The notes beneath the pieces were generated by a model. It did not search any database, was not told the DNA's origin, and was given only the letters and a program-made list of their open reading frames with translations. The translations under genes and the position numbers were made by a program. Source: Marsupella aquatica (Eukaryota > Plantae > Marchantiophyta). Taken from it: a stretch of 64,000 bases of DNA. The DNA lies in NCBI GenBank assembly GCA_973895155.1, contig OZ316893.1:16522645-16586644 (forward strand), read 5' to 3'. Below are positions 37,108 to 50,775 of this stretch, piece after piece; within the stretch, counting starts at the first letter, position 1, and the number at the start of each line of letters is the position of its first letter.

Positions 37108-40100
37108 AGGATGGAACAGAGTGACACAGAGATGTGTGAGTATGAAAGGAAAGCTATGGAACAACGAGCATACGTGAAAGCCAAAATCGCAGAACTGGAT
37201 CTGGAAAAGGATGTGGCTGAATTGTAAGGGAACGATTCTCAACTACACCCCTCCGCTGAGTTTGTGTGACATGAATAGTTCAATGTGGCACTGAAATTGT
37301 GACTGTATTCTCATATTGGAATGTCGCAGAGCCACAGCATTTTCAAAGAAACAAAAGGAGTACGCAAGAAGGGTGACCAGCACTATCTCTGGGCCTGTGC
37401 GTCGGAGTGACAGGTTGAGCAAGAAGGTCGTACCTACAATGGCAGAATGTGGAGATGACATTGATGCTGCACAGGTGGGTGCAGACACTAGACAAGAAGA
37501 TGCAGATGATGAGTATTTTCCAGAGGAAATGGATGAGGATGGGGGTTATGAAGATGAATACATTGCAAAGCAGCCCCAAAAGAAACATGTAAGTAGTTTT
37601 CCCAACAAGGTTTTGAGTTAAAAACTCTTGTTTAGAGGTTTCATATGTTCAGTACTACACATATGTACCTTGCTTAGTTCCTGACATTGTAGTTGGTGAT
37701 GTGATGCAGCGTCCTGCCAGTTCTGTTTTGCCTTCGAAGCCTGTGCATGCACCATACCAGCAGGGGGGGCTGACCTCTGATCAAGGTTGGCGAGGTGGTA
37801 GTAGTGGTAGATCCCAGGCTGGTGCCCAATACTATGGCAGGGGGCAAGCTCTAGGTTATGCCCGTGGTAGAGGCAGAGCAGGTCCAAACCCATAATCTCG
37901 TGGGTATGGACGTCCACCTCAACCATGGGGATGTGAGTATATATCTATATGCCAGTTCTTTGTGAAGGCATGGCACTCCTGAATTTCAGACTGCATATCA
38001 ATTTTTGACATTGTTTGGGATGTATTGGATTCAGACAACATGAAATTCTGTCCACCTGCCATTGCATGCAGATTCTGCCCAACCTGATTGGGCAAATGCT
38101 AGTAATGATCAGTTCCAATGTCCACAAGGACAGACATGGGTTGAACCAGGTTGGGAGGATGGTGGTGGGTCGTGGAATGAACAAGGTTGGGAAGGTGGTG
38201 AAGGTAATTGGCAGGGATATCAAAATTCAGTACCTACAAACGCTGGAAGAGGAGCAGGTAATGTCTGATCTTGTCAGCAATGGAAGAACTCATTATATGT
38301 GGAGTCCATTCACGTGGGGGGGACTCTGCACATGTATAATGATAGAAAATGTATGTGTGCAGGTTGGACAGTCGAACCATCGACTCAAGTATTCACTAAT
38401 GCCCCTATGCAGATGCAGCACGGAAGGGGGACAGGTATGTCGGTGAATGTTCAGTTGTTTTCCTACAGTTTGTACTTAGTTTTCAGTACATATGTTTGCA
38501 CACACATACCTAGAAAGTGACATCATCCGGCCCCTGTACTAGGCTGTGACAGGTGGTCCAGGGTCGCAACAATTTCAGAGTGCAGTCCCTGCACAGGCAT
38601 CTACAGGCAGAGCTACAGGTATGTATGTTTGAAGAATTTTTCTTGAAGTGAAGCATTGAATGTTGCCGTCATCCATTCTGCTATATGTAGTTCTCAAGCA
38701 TGAATGGCATTGTATTTTCCCAGGTGGCTTCAGAACCCCAGGTAGGGTGAATGAAGGGGTGGCCAATACAACGCCCAGTACTACCGAGAGCAGTGCACGA
38801 GGGGAGGTGACAAAGAAAGGGAACGTAAAGTTGAATGAGAGACAATGGGTGGATGCTGAGTGTCCTCGCAAGAACCGATGGCATGCTGATTTGAAAGCTG
38901 AAGTATTGCGTTGGTTAGATGTGAGTGTTATTAATTTTAAAAAACAGCATCCAAAAGATTGGAAGACTGTATGTGAAAATGTTGCTGCCAAATGGAATTA
39001 TGTGGGCAGTGATGATGGCGTGGACATAGGTTGCCTAGAGAGTACAGCAGGTAAAATTATCAAGCAAGAGAGGTGGAGAATGCATAAGGCTTGGAAGGAA
39101 GGTGGGGAGAAGCCAGATATGCCTCCACCAGCCAGTTGTGATGATAAAGTGTGGGCAAGGTTAGTAGCTTATTTTGTAACAGATGCTTCAAAAAAGAAGA
39201 GTTCACAGATGACCGAGGCCAGGTTGAGTGTTCAGAACCCTAATCTGACAGGAAGGACCGGCACTGCACCGACAGCTAAACGTTTGGTAAGAATGAATGG
39301 CCTAGCTATGTAATTTATGCTCCACTATGTACTATTTTTTAGTGTAAACCCATACATGTAAACTTTGTTTTTTAGTGTACGTTCCCTGAATATTGATCGA
39401 TAACTTGTGTTTGCCATGCATGTGCAGAAAGCCCAATTGGGGCAAAGCCCTTCAAAAGAAGAGTTGAGGGCTGAAATTGTGAACACCCGGGCTCAAGAGG
39501 GTGCATCTGAATCCTCCAAGCATGTAAGTTATATGAGTTCTGATTGGTAATTGAATGACCTGCGTTGAATTTCAGGTGTACACTGTATATAACATTGATT
39601 GTGCATATATTGCCCAACATTTCATATGGAGTGATTGAACCTATACCCCTGTGTCATGTAGGGAGGTGGATCTTCACTTACAGAGATAAGTGGTCGTTTG
39701 AAGGCTGTCGAAACATGTCTTCCAGAGATCAATGAACGTTTGAATTCATTGACTGACTTGTTCCATGTGAACTTCAAGACATTAATGGAAGCTGTTGTGT
39801 CGGTGAGAGATAAAATTGATTCCAATTCTGCAGGAGTTCCACCATCACCACTTGAGGTGGCAAAGTCGATGCACTCTTCTGGCATGCCAACGACATGTAG
39901 GCTTGAAGGTAAGGCCTTTACAACTGTGTGGGATATGATTATTAAATGTATAGTTTGAATTGACATTGTTTGTTGAATGTGTTATTTTCAGTAACATATA
40001 TTGTGGTTGTTGTGTCCATAGAGAATAAGACAGGTGCTACAGAGAAGAAGTATGAGAACCTGGCAAATACTCGCTGTAATTTAGAGGCAACAAAGTTGCA

Positions 40101-40817
40101 GTCTGTACAAGCAACTTGTTTGACAGAGGCAGTCAACCATGTTTGGATGAGGATGACATTGGCAAGGGAGTGGATGATATCAATGTTGGGGCAAATGAGG
40201 ATATCAGCAAGCATGACAATGATACCATTGAGCCAGATTCATGCTATGTAGATCTTGACTCCATTGCAGAGATAAATGATTTGCAGAATGTATCATTCTC
40301 AATGACAGGTGTGCCTCTTGTTGAGATAAATCCAACCAAAGAGTTAGTTGGTATGACACTCTCAGGTGATGAACCTGCTACTGTGACAGTCCTAACAGAG
40401 GAACCTACTGAGCCTAGCTTCACTACTGTGAAGAGAGGAAGCATGCGCACACGAAGCAAGTCTGCTGGTGGGAGCAGAGCCACGTCAAAGGTTTCATACA
40501 AACCTCCAAGAAAAGTGTTGGCAGAAAGATCTAAGGTGGAAGTGGGGAAAGCACCTAATGCTGAGGGACAAAGTGGCTTGTTAGCTGTTGATGAGAGTGG
40601 AACACGAGTAGGATTTGCCAGAGTGCAGGTTGGTTCCACAACGTTCCATGGCAAGAGGATTCCCCCAGGTTATTCAGTAGTGTTAGTCACATTACTAGTG
40701 AAACCTAAAGCTGTCCTTCCCATTCCAAACACAAATGATGATCCTCCTCAAAAGACACTTGGAGATGCTGCAGGTTCTTTGGTATTATGGCCAAGCAAGT
40801 TCATAGAGGATCCATAA
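37108..40817 (+). CDS. CACTA TnpA-like accessory gene, multi-exon (exon structure approximate)
   Basis: Exon-like ORFs at 37316-37621, 38660-39313 (VWARLVAYF...KKKSSQMTEAR...TGRTG, Ptta/Transposase_24-like) and 40116-40817 (FHGKRIPPGYSVV...LPIP...TLGDAAGSLVLWP). Located downstream of TnpD with GT-AG introns. Confidence 0.65.
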
Positions 40818-43539
40818 CAATGTCATGCCATTATTTGTTTGTAGTGTGAGTCATGTTATGTAGATTTTAGATGTCAAGAAGCAGTACAAGAATCATGTCC
40901 TCTTGGAGATTCATAGTATCATGCATGTGCTTTCAGTTATCTCATCCTACAGTCATCAATTATGAGTTCCTGTTTTGTCTAAATTACATTGATCACATTG
41001 TAAACTATTCCATTGGAATTCAAATGATCTTCATTTTTTAGCAAGATTGTGATTGTGTTTAATTCTTATGAATGTTTTATGTAGGATCTGCTTATATGAT
41101 GCTTTGTTTCATGTGGATGTCATTCATGCTATGTTCATTTCTTGTATTCAATGTGTTATATTTCTAAAGTTAGAACATCAGGTTTCTATGTATTGTAATG
41201 TCGAGTGCTCTCTCTCCTTATGAACTGTCCCTCTGTGTTCATTAGTCATGGTTATAACTTGCATGTGAACCTTATTAGTTATAAACATGAGTATATAGAG
41301 TCCCAAATGGTTCTGTTGTGTGACGCGGGCCAGGGTCTCCATTGGTCTCTCCAGTGACACTAAATAGTCACACGCTAGTCGTTGTTGAATGCGGGTAAGT
41401 CATGTATGTGACTTACGATGTGACTCGCTGAAGTCATATTGCAGTCACGTCGAAACAAGGCTAGACTCCACAATAAAGTCACAGATCAGTCACAAATGGG
41501 TATCAAGCAAGTTGCAAAGCCCAGTATCAATAGTGACTTCCATTTTTTGGTCTCAACTTTTGCAACTCCAAGGGTCACAGCGTGGGTCAAGTCACGTTGA
41601 GTCACAATGAAGTCACATGAGCCAAAATGAGTCATATATTGCGGTCTCAGTTCACCTCGGATTCTTCTAGTGGTACAAGCAAAATTTTGTCTCGTACGAG
41701 TAAACAAGTTACTTGTATGAGCATATCTATTTACTTGTGCGAGTTTATGTTTTCTTGTATGAGTTTCTGTTTTCTCGTATGAGTATTTCTTTTCTTGTAT
41801 GCATTTTAGTTTCTTCTCTTAAGGGTATTTAGCGTCCATATATGCAATAATTGAGCGGACAACATTGTGGTGGGACCCACCATTATACAACATCAGAGGA
41901 ATATTTTTGACGATTTCACACAAGGACTCCAATATATTGCAACAAATTATGAAGTTGAAACACAAGTCATACAATACTAGCACCCGGTGCTAGTATTGTA
42001 TTATGCTAAAAAAATAGCACTTAAAAAACTCACACTTATGCCTGTTAGAAAAGACAAACCACAATTCTAGTTGTTCAACGTTAAAGCAACAGTCTAAATT
42101 CTTGTTCCCAACTGTCTATCAAGTATGTAACGGACTTCTCCCAACGTTAGAATTGGCTGGCTAGATAATGTCAAATCGTGCACATCCAATTTGAACACAT
42201 TCTTGAACACCCAATACACATGTTTGCAAGGCATGTAAGGCTTTCAATAAGTATGCCAACAGTAGAAATCCTCGCAGGAGTAACATGGGAAACAACATAT
42301 CTGAACCCAATAAGAGGCGACTGATCTCTCATGTTCATGGGTCCAAATACAAAACTGTTTCCCCGACGCATTTCCACTTGTGATCTCTCTCTCTCCAATG
42401 ACACTCATGACTTCTTTTTCAGAGGCTTCAATTCTCTTCAAATGGGTTTGGGTAAGATGCACTCTTTGCAAGCATTTCTTCCCGTTCCTTGAAGTGCACC
42501 TCATAGATGGGTCAGTTAGGTTGATCCTCTTTGGGAAAAGATTGACATCAATCCGTAACGCAGATGACAACGGTGTTTCTATTTCATCTCCACGGCCTTC
42601 GGAGAGAATAAGTCCTCGTTCTTTCAAAAATTGAATCTCTGCTCCAAAAAGATTGGTCCCTCTAGCAATTGGGAGATGTGAAGGAAGAGTGGGAATGTTC
42701 GAGACTCCTCTCCTTGTTGTGCTTTGGTGATAGTGGTTGTTGGGGCAAAACCATATCTGATCGCTATAAGGTTGTCCCTTGAACATTTTGCATCCCCTCA
42801 CGGAAATTGCAACAACACCATCTGGATTTGGAAGACCTACCTTCTTTACTCAATTTTGACATTCATCACGACTCCCTCCCCGGCCAAGGGTTCCATTACA
42901 CACTGGACCCGCACCCGGTTTGGAGGTCCGACACAACTGCTAGGCACCGGGAGGTACTTCTCTTTCCATTGGGGAAACTGAATGACAATATGCAGTCTCA
43001 ACAATTCTTGCAGGGGTCATTGGTGGGATAGAGGATCTCGTTGCTTGATGTGAATGTGTGTCAATGACTACAACTTCCTCAGAAGCATCGCTTTTGGACA
43101 AATTATGGACCCCATCAATTCCACCGACTGAAGGCGTGGAAGGCATTTTCTCAAAATCAGTGGAATGCAAGTTTCTCCTTTTCAAACCTTTTGTATTTGG
43201 TGAAGTAACAAGGATGGTATCATGCCTATGCGAGTCTTCTGTCGAGACATTCTGTGATGCCTTGCCAGGATCACGAAGTAATAACTAAGCCTAAAAAAAT
43301 TGGCTAAATAAGGATAGATAGAGAGTATAAGGTAACAATAAAGACTGATGCCAATTTCTACGTGTAGATGATAAAGGAAAGGATCCAACGGTTGAGATCC
43401 AGTGGATTGGAGTTATGACCTAGTCCATGCTTGATCACAAGGACCCCTAAGTGGCGGCTTCGAAGTAAGGTGACCAATACTTTGCCATTTCGCATTCTCG
43501 TGTACACGGTTTCGACATTGAGGAGCGACTATCAATCGA

Positions 43540-43986
43540 GTGCTAAGGTGGATTGGGAGATTGCGCAAGTTCTTGGCATTCGGTGGAATGAACATGGTGA
43601 ATCAGGCAGGGAAGTTTTGGGACTGTTTGCTTGAAGAAGCAAGGCAGTTGATACCTACGTATGAAGACGTTGAGCCGGAGCGCGCAGCCAGAGAACGAGC
43701 GGAGCTTGTGCGATTGTGGGGAATTCACAAAACAACATTCCTAGATACGGAGGAGGTGTTGGAAAAGTTCTCATGGACACCCACCAGTGCAGAGCTTGAC
43801 GAATTGCTGATCCGAGAGAATAAGGTCATGGAGATTAGGGAGGCAATCAAGAATGCAGGGCAACCACTTTGGAAATTGAAGGGTCACACTGCGAAGTGGA
43901 CGAAGGAAGCCATTCTTGGGGAGTATTCAGGCGCTCAAGAGATGAAGCGCAAGGGAGGTTTGGCATCCGCCACTCCAGCAAAGTGA
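43540..43986 (+). CDS. Short ORF (~130-148 aa) of unknown function in the TG...CA element
   Basis: Open frame with protein-like charged/helical composition, ending just upstream of the long ORF that starts at 44011. Confidence 0.35.
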   Translation: MLRWIGRLRKFLAFGGMNMVNQAGKFWDCLLEEARQLIPTYEDVEPERAARERAELVRLWGIHKTTFLDTEEVLEKFSWTPTSAELDELLIRENKVMEIREAIKNAGQPLWKLKGHTAKWTKEAILGEYSGAQEMKRKGGLASATPAK

Positions 43987-44178
43987 ACTAGGTCGGAGAG
44001 ACCAATCAAGATGGAATCTGGGCCAGTTAGAGATCGGGCTGTAGAGGATAAAACCATGATAGGGTGGGCGAATAGGTTACTTGTCAATTTACAATTACAG
44101 TTCGAAAGAGATGAGGATGAGGTCTTTAGTGCCGTTCAGGATAATAAATATGCAGGATATATGAATGACACTGGGTTG

Positions 44179-44653
44179 TGTTGAGCATAGACGACGATCG
44201 CAACGGCAAGCCCATGAACCATCCAACGCACAATAGTCGACACAAGAGATACGTGGTTCACCTCCTTGAGGCTACGTCCATGGGAACACACAAGAGAGCT
44301 TTACTGAACTCTAAGCCCGTCGGCTATACCGAGTCTCCACAGTGTAAGCTCTCCCTATCTCTCAAGTGGCTCCATAACAATGAGCCTTGGTTCTACCTCT
44401 CCAAGCACACATGCCTCTTATGATATAGTGTGCAACTTAGTTGTACCTAACCACATAGTTGTACCTAACCACATAGTTGTACCTAATCACGTAGTTGTAC
44501 CTAACCACATAGTTGTACCTAATCACGTAGTTGTACCTAACCACATAGTTGTACCTAATCACGTAGTTGTACCTAACCACGTAGTTGTACCAACCCACGT
44601 TGTTGTACCAACCACGTCATACCTAACCTAGACGTAAGAGTAAATACCCAACA
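44179..44653 (-). repeat. 3' LTR of copia element 2 (10 units of the 18-bp repeat)
   Basis: TGTTGAGC...CCCAACA, followed by the PPT complement. Confidence 0.95.
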
Positions 44654-44844
44654 ATCTTCCCCTTGACTCTGGTCTAGGGGAGAGTAATACTGCCAATGTA
44701 TATGATCCCTCAGCGGGAAGTTCTGGACAGAAACCAAACCGGTTTCCCTCTCTAACTAGAGCAAACCAGAACTAAGCCGTAGCCTAATACATAGGAATGA
44801 GGAAGAGCATATATCAGTAATTACAATGAATGTTTAAGAAAACT

Positions 44845-47800
44845 CTACTTGTGATACAATTGCAAAACCTGCAATATGTCACGGTGTCTAGAGAAACTCT
44901 CCAAAGGAATCACTTTGGTAAATGCGTCAGCCGGGTTGAGTTTACCATCAATCTTGACTAGCTCAAACAAATTATCAGACACAGCCTGCCTGATAAAATG
45001 GTACCTGACGTCAATGTGCTTCACTCTGCTGTCCATCACCTGGTTCACAGCAAGGTGGAGCGCACTTTGACTATCACAATGGAGCTTCACATTCCCCTGT
45101 GGCAATCCCATTTCAGTGATAAGTCTATCCAACCAAATCGCTTCCTTTGCTGCTTCCGCAGCTGCAACATACTCCGCTTCTGTAGTAGACTGAGCAATAC
45201 ACTTCTGCAAAGTAGACCTCCAACTTATGCATCCACCGCCAAGTGTGAACACGTATCCTGTTGTTGATCTCCTTCGGTCCAAATCTTGTCCATAGTCAGA
45301 ATCTACATAGCCAATCAATGATCTAGCATTCTTTGCATTCGCATCAAATAAAAGACCATGATCCATGGTACCCTTCAAGTACCTGATAATCCACTTCACT
45401 GCTTCCCAGTGTACCTTCCCTGGATTCGACATGTACCTGCTCACCTTGCCCATAGCCATGGCAAGATCAGGTCTAGTGCAAGTCATCAAATACATGAGAC
45501 TCCCCACTGCCTTGTCATATGGAACCTTTGACATCAACCCCTTCTCTGTGTCATCCGTAGGACAGAACGCTGATGATAACTTGAAGTGTGGAGCCAACGG
45601 GGTACTTACTGGCTTGCTATTCTCCATGTTGAACCTTGCAATTACCTTCCTCGCATAACTGCTCTGCGTCAACCATAGCTTGCCAGCCTCCAAGTCCCTA
45701 GTGATCTCCATACCCAAAATCCTCTTAGCTGGCCCTAAGTCCTTCATCTTAAACTCTGCACTAAGCAGTGCCTTGAGCTTAACAATCTCAGACCTATCCT
45801 TGGCTGCAATTAGCATGTCATCCACATAAAGTACTAAAACAATGAACCCAAAGACAACATTCTTCACCGGTTTCAAATACACACAAGGGTCAAATACACT
45901 TCTGTGAAAACCTTGTGACCGAATCCAATCGTCAAACCGCTTGTTCCACTGTCTTGGTGACTGCTTCAACCCATACAAGGATTTCAGCAATCTGCAAACC
46001 AATTCCTCCTGTCCTCTCTTCACAAAACCTAGCGGTTGTCTCATGAAGATCACCTCTTCCAATGTGCCATAGAGGAAAGCTGTGACAACATCCATCTGAT
46101 CTAGGAGCAGACCAAACATTATAACAAGTACACACAATAGTCGTATTGTAGAGTACTTAGCAACTGGTGAGAAGACCTCATTGTAATCCACACCTTTCTC
46201 TTGTGTGAATCCCTTTGCTACCAATCTAGCCTTGTAGACCTTCGATCCACCTCCTATGGAATTATCCTTCAGCTTGTAAATCCACTTGCTGTCCACCACT
46301 TGCTGACCCTTAGGCAGCTTAACAAGCTCCCAAGTTTTGTTGTCCTTTAGTGACTGCATCTCCGTTTGCATTGCTGCAGTCCACTTCTGCTTCTCCTTTG
46401 AAGCACTTGCCTCATGAAATGAAGAAGGTTCTCCTTCTTCCAAAATTAACGCATCACCCTCATCATCAGCTGTAAAATCATCCTCTTGCAGTTGAGATGA
46501 ATCAACCCACTGTCCATACCTTGATGGAGCGCGTACAGTGCGACCAGATGTTCTTCTAGCCGATGACTCCGGTTGATCTGCGTGTGCTGGTACAATTTGA
46601 AGCTCAACAACATCCACTTGCTGCTCACCAGCATCAACAAACTCCTCTGGTTCCTCTGGCACAGGAACCACCTCCATAATTGGAGCAACTCCTTCTCTCC
46701 GGTATGCACCTCATAACCAATCTCCCCCTCAACGAGATCCGGGATAGGAGATTTTCCTTTGTCAGTACGGGAGACCTGAGTATTCTCCCCCTCCTTCAAT
46801 AATCTGGATTCATTGAAGGAAACATCCCTACTGACAACGAGCTTATAGGCAATAGGATCCCATAGCCTATAGGCTTTCACACCACTCTGGTACCCAAGAA
46901 AAACACATTTCCTGGAGGTAGGATCCAACTTGGTCCTATTCTGCTTTGGTGTGAGAGCATATGCATCACTTCCAAAAATTACCAAGCCATGATAGTTTGC
47001 TTGCCGCTTATAGCGCATCTCAAACGGCGTTTTGAAATTGATAGCACTAGAAGGAGAAAGATTTACCAAATAAGCTGCGGTATTGACAGCTTCTGCCCAA
47101 AATTCTTGTGGTAAACCTGATTGGCTCAACATACTCCGTGACCGCTCCAACAGTGTCCGATTGAGCCTCTCAGCGACACCATTCTGCTGCGGAGTATAAA
47201 CTGTGGTGAGATGGCGAGTTATCCCCTGTTCTGAACAGTACTCTTCAAATTCCATTGAAGTGTACTCCCCGCCGTTGTCTGACCTCAGACTCTTCACCCT
47301 TGTATCCAAACACTTGATCGTGTTTCCAGTCTGATTCTCCACCTGGGCCTTCCACTTCTTAAAAATGGACAAGACATCAGACTTATGCGTCATGAAATAA
47401 ATCCACACAAATCTTGAGTAATCATCAATAAATGATACATAGTACAACTTTCCAGAGTGTGAGGGAGTCGGGGATGGACCCCACACGTCACTATGTATGT
47501 ACTCAAGAACCGCTTTGGAACGATGAGTTCCAACACCAAAAGCACGACGATGCTGCTTTCCAAGAATGCAATGCTCACAAAACTCTAATTTACAAGATTG
47601 CAAATCAGAAATGAGTCCATTCTTCCGTAAGATAGCCAAACCCTTCTCACTCATGTGGCCTAGCCGTGAATGCCACAGTTGAGTCATCTCCTCGTGAGAC
47701 TTGGTTACATTGGCCTCTCCACATACAGTATTGCCCTATAACACATACAAATTTTTTTGTCTACTCCCCTTCAAAATCACTGTCTCTCCCGACCTGACTT

Positions 47801-49146
47801 GAAGTTCACCATCAATAACGCTCCATTGATGACCATTTGAATCCAACACACCGAGTGAAATCAGATTCTTACGCATGCCAGGTACATACCTGACTCCGGA
47901 CATTGTGCGCACAGCGCCATCAAACATTTGAATCTTCACAGACCCAATTCCCTCAATTTGACAGGAGTGATCATTTCCCATCAGAACTGAACCGTTTGAA
48001 ATAGAGTAAGAACTGAAAAACTCACGAATGTAACAAATATGAAAAGAGCAAGCACAATCAAGAATCCACACATCATCTGCTCTCCTAGATGACGTGCACA
48101 GGGCATACCCCCGGCTTCATAAAACATACTCATCATTGAGTAAATCAACTTCTCCATCAGCCCTAGCCACATTTGCCGATGAAGTTTCCGCTGCCTTTCC
48201 CTTACAGTCTCGCTTGAAGTGTCCAACTTGGTTGCACTTCCAACATGTCACCTGCCTCCTCTGAGGGGATTTACCCTTGGACTTAGATCTGGATTTAGAT
48301 CTAAACTGGGTTCTACGGTCCCCAGTTGGTCGCTGCATACTCCTCCCACGGTTAACATTGAGGGCAGCACCAGATGATGAAGGCTGTGACGTGATGTGCA
48401 TCTTCTGCTGAAGATCATCACTAAGCAAAGAACTTACCACGTCATTGTATGAAATGGTATCCCTATCACGATGCAACAACACTCGTGATAGGGACTGGTA
48501 AGATGGAGGCAATGAACTAAGAAGTTGCAGAGCCTTCGTCTCATCATTCAAAGTCTCCCCAAGGTTTTCCAAGTCAACGACCATGTCGTTGAAAGCATCC
48601 ACATGGTCTTGCAACTTCGTACCAGATTCCTTCATCCTGAAACTCATCAGTTTGTAGGAAGTGTAGAGCCGGTTCGACAACTCCTTGCGGTGATACTTGC
48701 TCTGCAATTCCGCAAATAAGGACATGCAATCCTTATGTGCACCCAACTGCTTGATGATGGGAGGCATGAGATAGAGTGTAACACACCACACTCCCTGCTC
48801 CTGCATGCGGTCCCATTGTTTCTCATCAACATCGTCTTCACGAGGGCTCAGCAGTTGGCCCATCCCTGACGCATAAAGCACTCCCTTCACCTGCTTCTCC
48901 CATAGCAAGTAGTCAGAGCGCCCATCATACTTTGTCATACTTGGGTCCCCCAAGCTTGAAAGTCCCCATCTTCTTCTTTACCATGAGCTCCGGTAGTAGT
49001 ACTGCTTCCTCCACCACACGCCGCACCGGTGATGGTATCGGTGTCACGTGCTCTTCCTCCTGCTCCTCTCTCTGCCCCTGAAACCTCCGCGGTGACCCTC
49101 GTGCTTCAAGTTCCACGTCTTCGAAAAACTCCTCCGAATCACTCAT
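44845..49146 (-). pseudogene. pol: copia gag-pol of element 2 (RT YVDD intact; frameshifts and stops elsewhere)
   Basis: Near-identical to element 1. 5-nt deletion in gag near 48937, stop at 47736, 1-nt frameshift near 46703. RT-RH is open from 44845 to 46677. Confidence 0.93.
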
Positions 49147-50300
49147 ATGAGAAAGTCACAAAAAATGTTGTTTTTCACAACTTCTCAAAAAACTCAAAAC
49201 TCAACACCGCCGCGTAGCCCACAAAGCTAGGAGTCCAATACTGAAAACCGAAATCAAAATCAAAATTTGACGGAAAAGTTATTCAAATTTCGGTCGAGGT
49301 GGGTAAAACCTTGGGAAACTCCCCCGTTTTGACCACCTCAGGGAATAACCGAAATACCAAGTACAACCCGTTGTCGGAATTGCGATGTGATTGGTGCGCT
49401 GCATTGCCAACTTCAATGGCTACGACCTCGCCGAAAAATAACCAAAACAGTTACCGTTCGGCGGATGAAATCTTTGTCGGACGGTCAAAAAATAGCTCTC
49501 TGGTTTTTTGGAATATTCTATGACCCTTGTACAGGCCCTGTGGGAATTTTGGAAGAACAATCGAGGGGCTGACATGTGTCCTCGAACCCCCAAAACCCCC
49601 TACCACCCTTCGTCGTCGAAATCTGGTCGCGCGCGCAGAAAATACACACGGCAGAATGTACCCCTCGACACCAAACGCAAGATATCTCACTCGGGTTTTG
49701 ACTAAATCAAGATCCGATTTCAGATTTGGAAACTAGACTCCGAGGTGATGAAGATCGATATAAGAAGCACCCAAAACGAGGAAAGAACGAGGGAGAAAAA
49801 AATTGGTAAAGATGACAGATTTCTCTCAATTGCCATAGCCAATTTCGAATCAATTTTTCAAAGAGAAAAAAATGGTACCTTGTTAACAACGAATGTTGAT
49901 CAATTGCACTTGGTGCCGTCACCAAGTCCAACAAGGTAATTGATTTTGCTTAGCCTTCCTCTTTGCATCAAAGAGCCAATCCCGGACTCAAAAACAATCG
50001 TCTTGCCTCAATCTCTCCGTTGAGTCAAAACACTTGACGCTTCTCCCTCTGAGTCGATTGCCAACTTTCTTCACAAAATCCAGAACGACGAAAACTTAGA
50101 TCTCTCTGCACCACGAGCTCCGTTCAACGATTTCTTCACACCGTTAGAAAGCTCTTGCCCTGATCTATCCGTTGAGCCCATAAACTCCAAGTTCCATGCG
50201 ATGGAACTCTGGAAAATCCACCAACACTCAACGCTGGAAAAACCGTCATGAAATCCCGTCACGAACACACGTCACCTCCCAAGCATGCTCTGATACCAAT

Positions 50301-50775
50301 TGTTGAGCATAGACGACGATCGCAACGGCAAGCCCATGAACCATCCAACGCACAATAGTCGACACAAGAGATACGTGGTTCACCTCCTTGAGGCTACGTC
50401 CATGGGAACACACAAGAGAGCTTTACTGAACTCTAAGCCCGTCGGCTATACCGAGTCTCCACAGTGTAAGTTCTCCCTATCTCTCAAGTGGCTCCATAAC
50501 AATGAGCCTTGGTTCTACCTCTCCAAGCACACATGCCTCTTATGATATAGTGTGCAACTTAGTTGTACCTAACCACATAGTTGTACCTAACCACATAGTT
50601 GTACCTAATCACGTAGTTGTACCTAACCACATAGTTGTACCTAATCACGTAGTTGTACCTAACCACATAGTTGTACCTAATCACGTAGTTGTACCTAACC
50701 ACGTAGTTGTACCAACCCACGTTGTTGTACCAACCATGTCATACCTAACCTAGACGTAAGAGTAAATACCCAACA
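50301..50775 (-). repeat. 5' LTR of copia element 2
   Basis: Direct repeat of 44179-44653 with about 2 substitutions seen. PBS complement GCTCTGATACCA at 50287-50298. Confidence 0.95.

Larger units (their letters stand above)
17152..41672 (+). mobile_element. CACTA (En/Spm) DNA transposon, 24.5 kb including a nested copia element
   Basis: Left TIR CACTAGAAGAAACCG...CTGAGACC at 17152 and right TIR GGTCTCAG...CGGATTCTTCTAGTG ending at 41672. 3-bp TSD GTA (17149-17151, 41673-41675). TnpD domains inside. GTCAC/GTGAC subterminal repeats at 41320-41640. Confidence 0.95.
44179..50775 (-). mobile_element. Ty1/copia LTR retrotransposon, element 2 (same family as element 1)
   Basis: 475-bp LTRs at 44179-44653 and 50301-50775. 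TSD GGTTG (44174-44178, 50776-50780). PBS at 50287-50298 and PPT at 44654-44664. Confidence 0.97.
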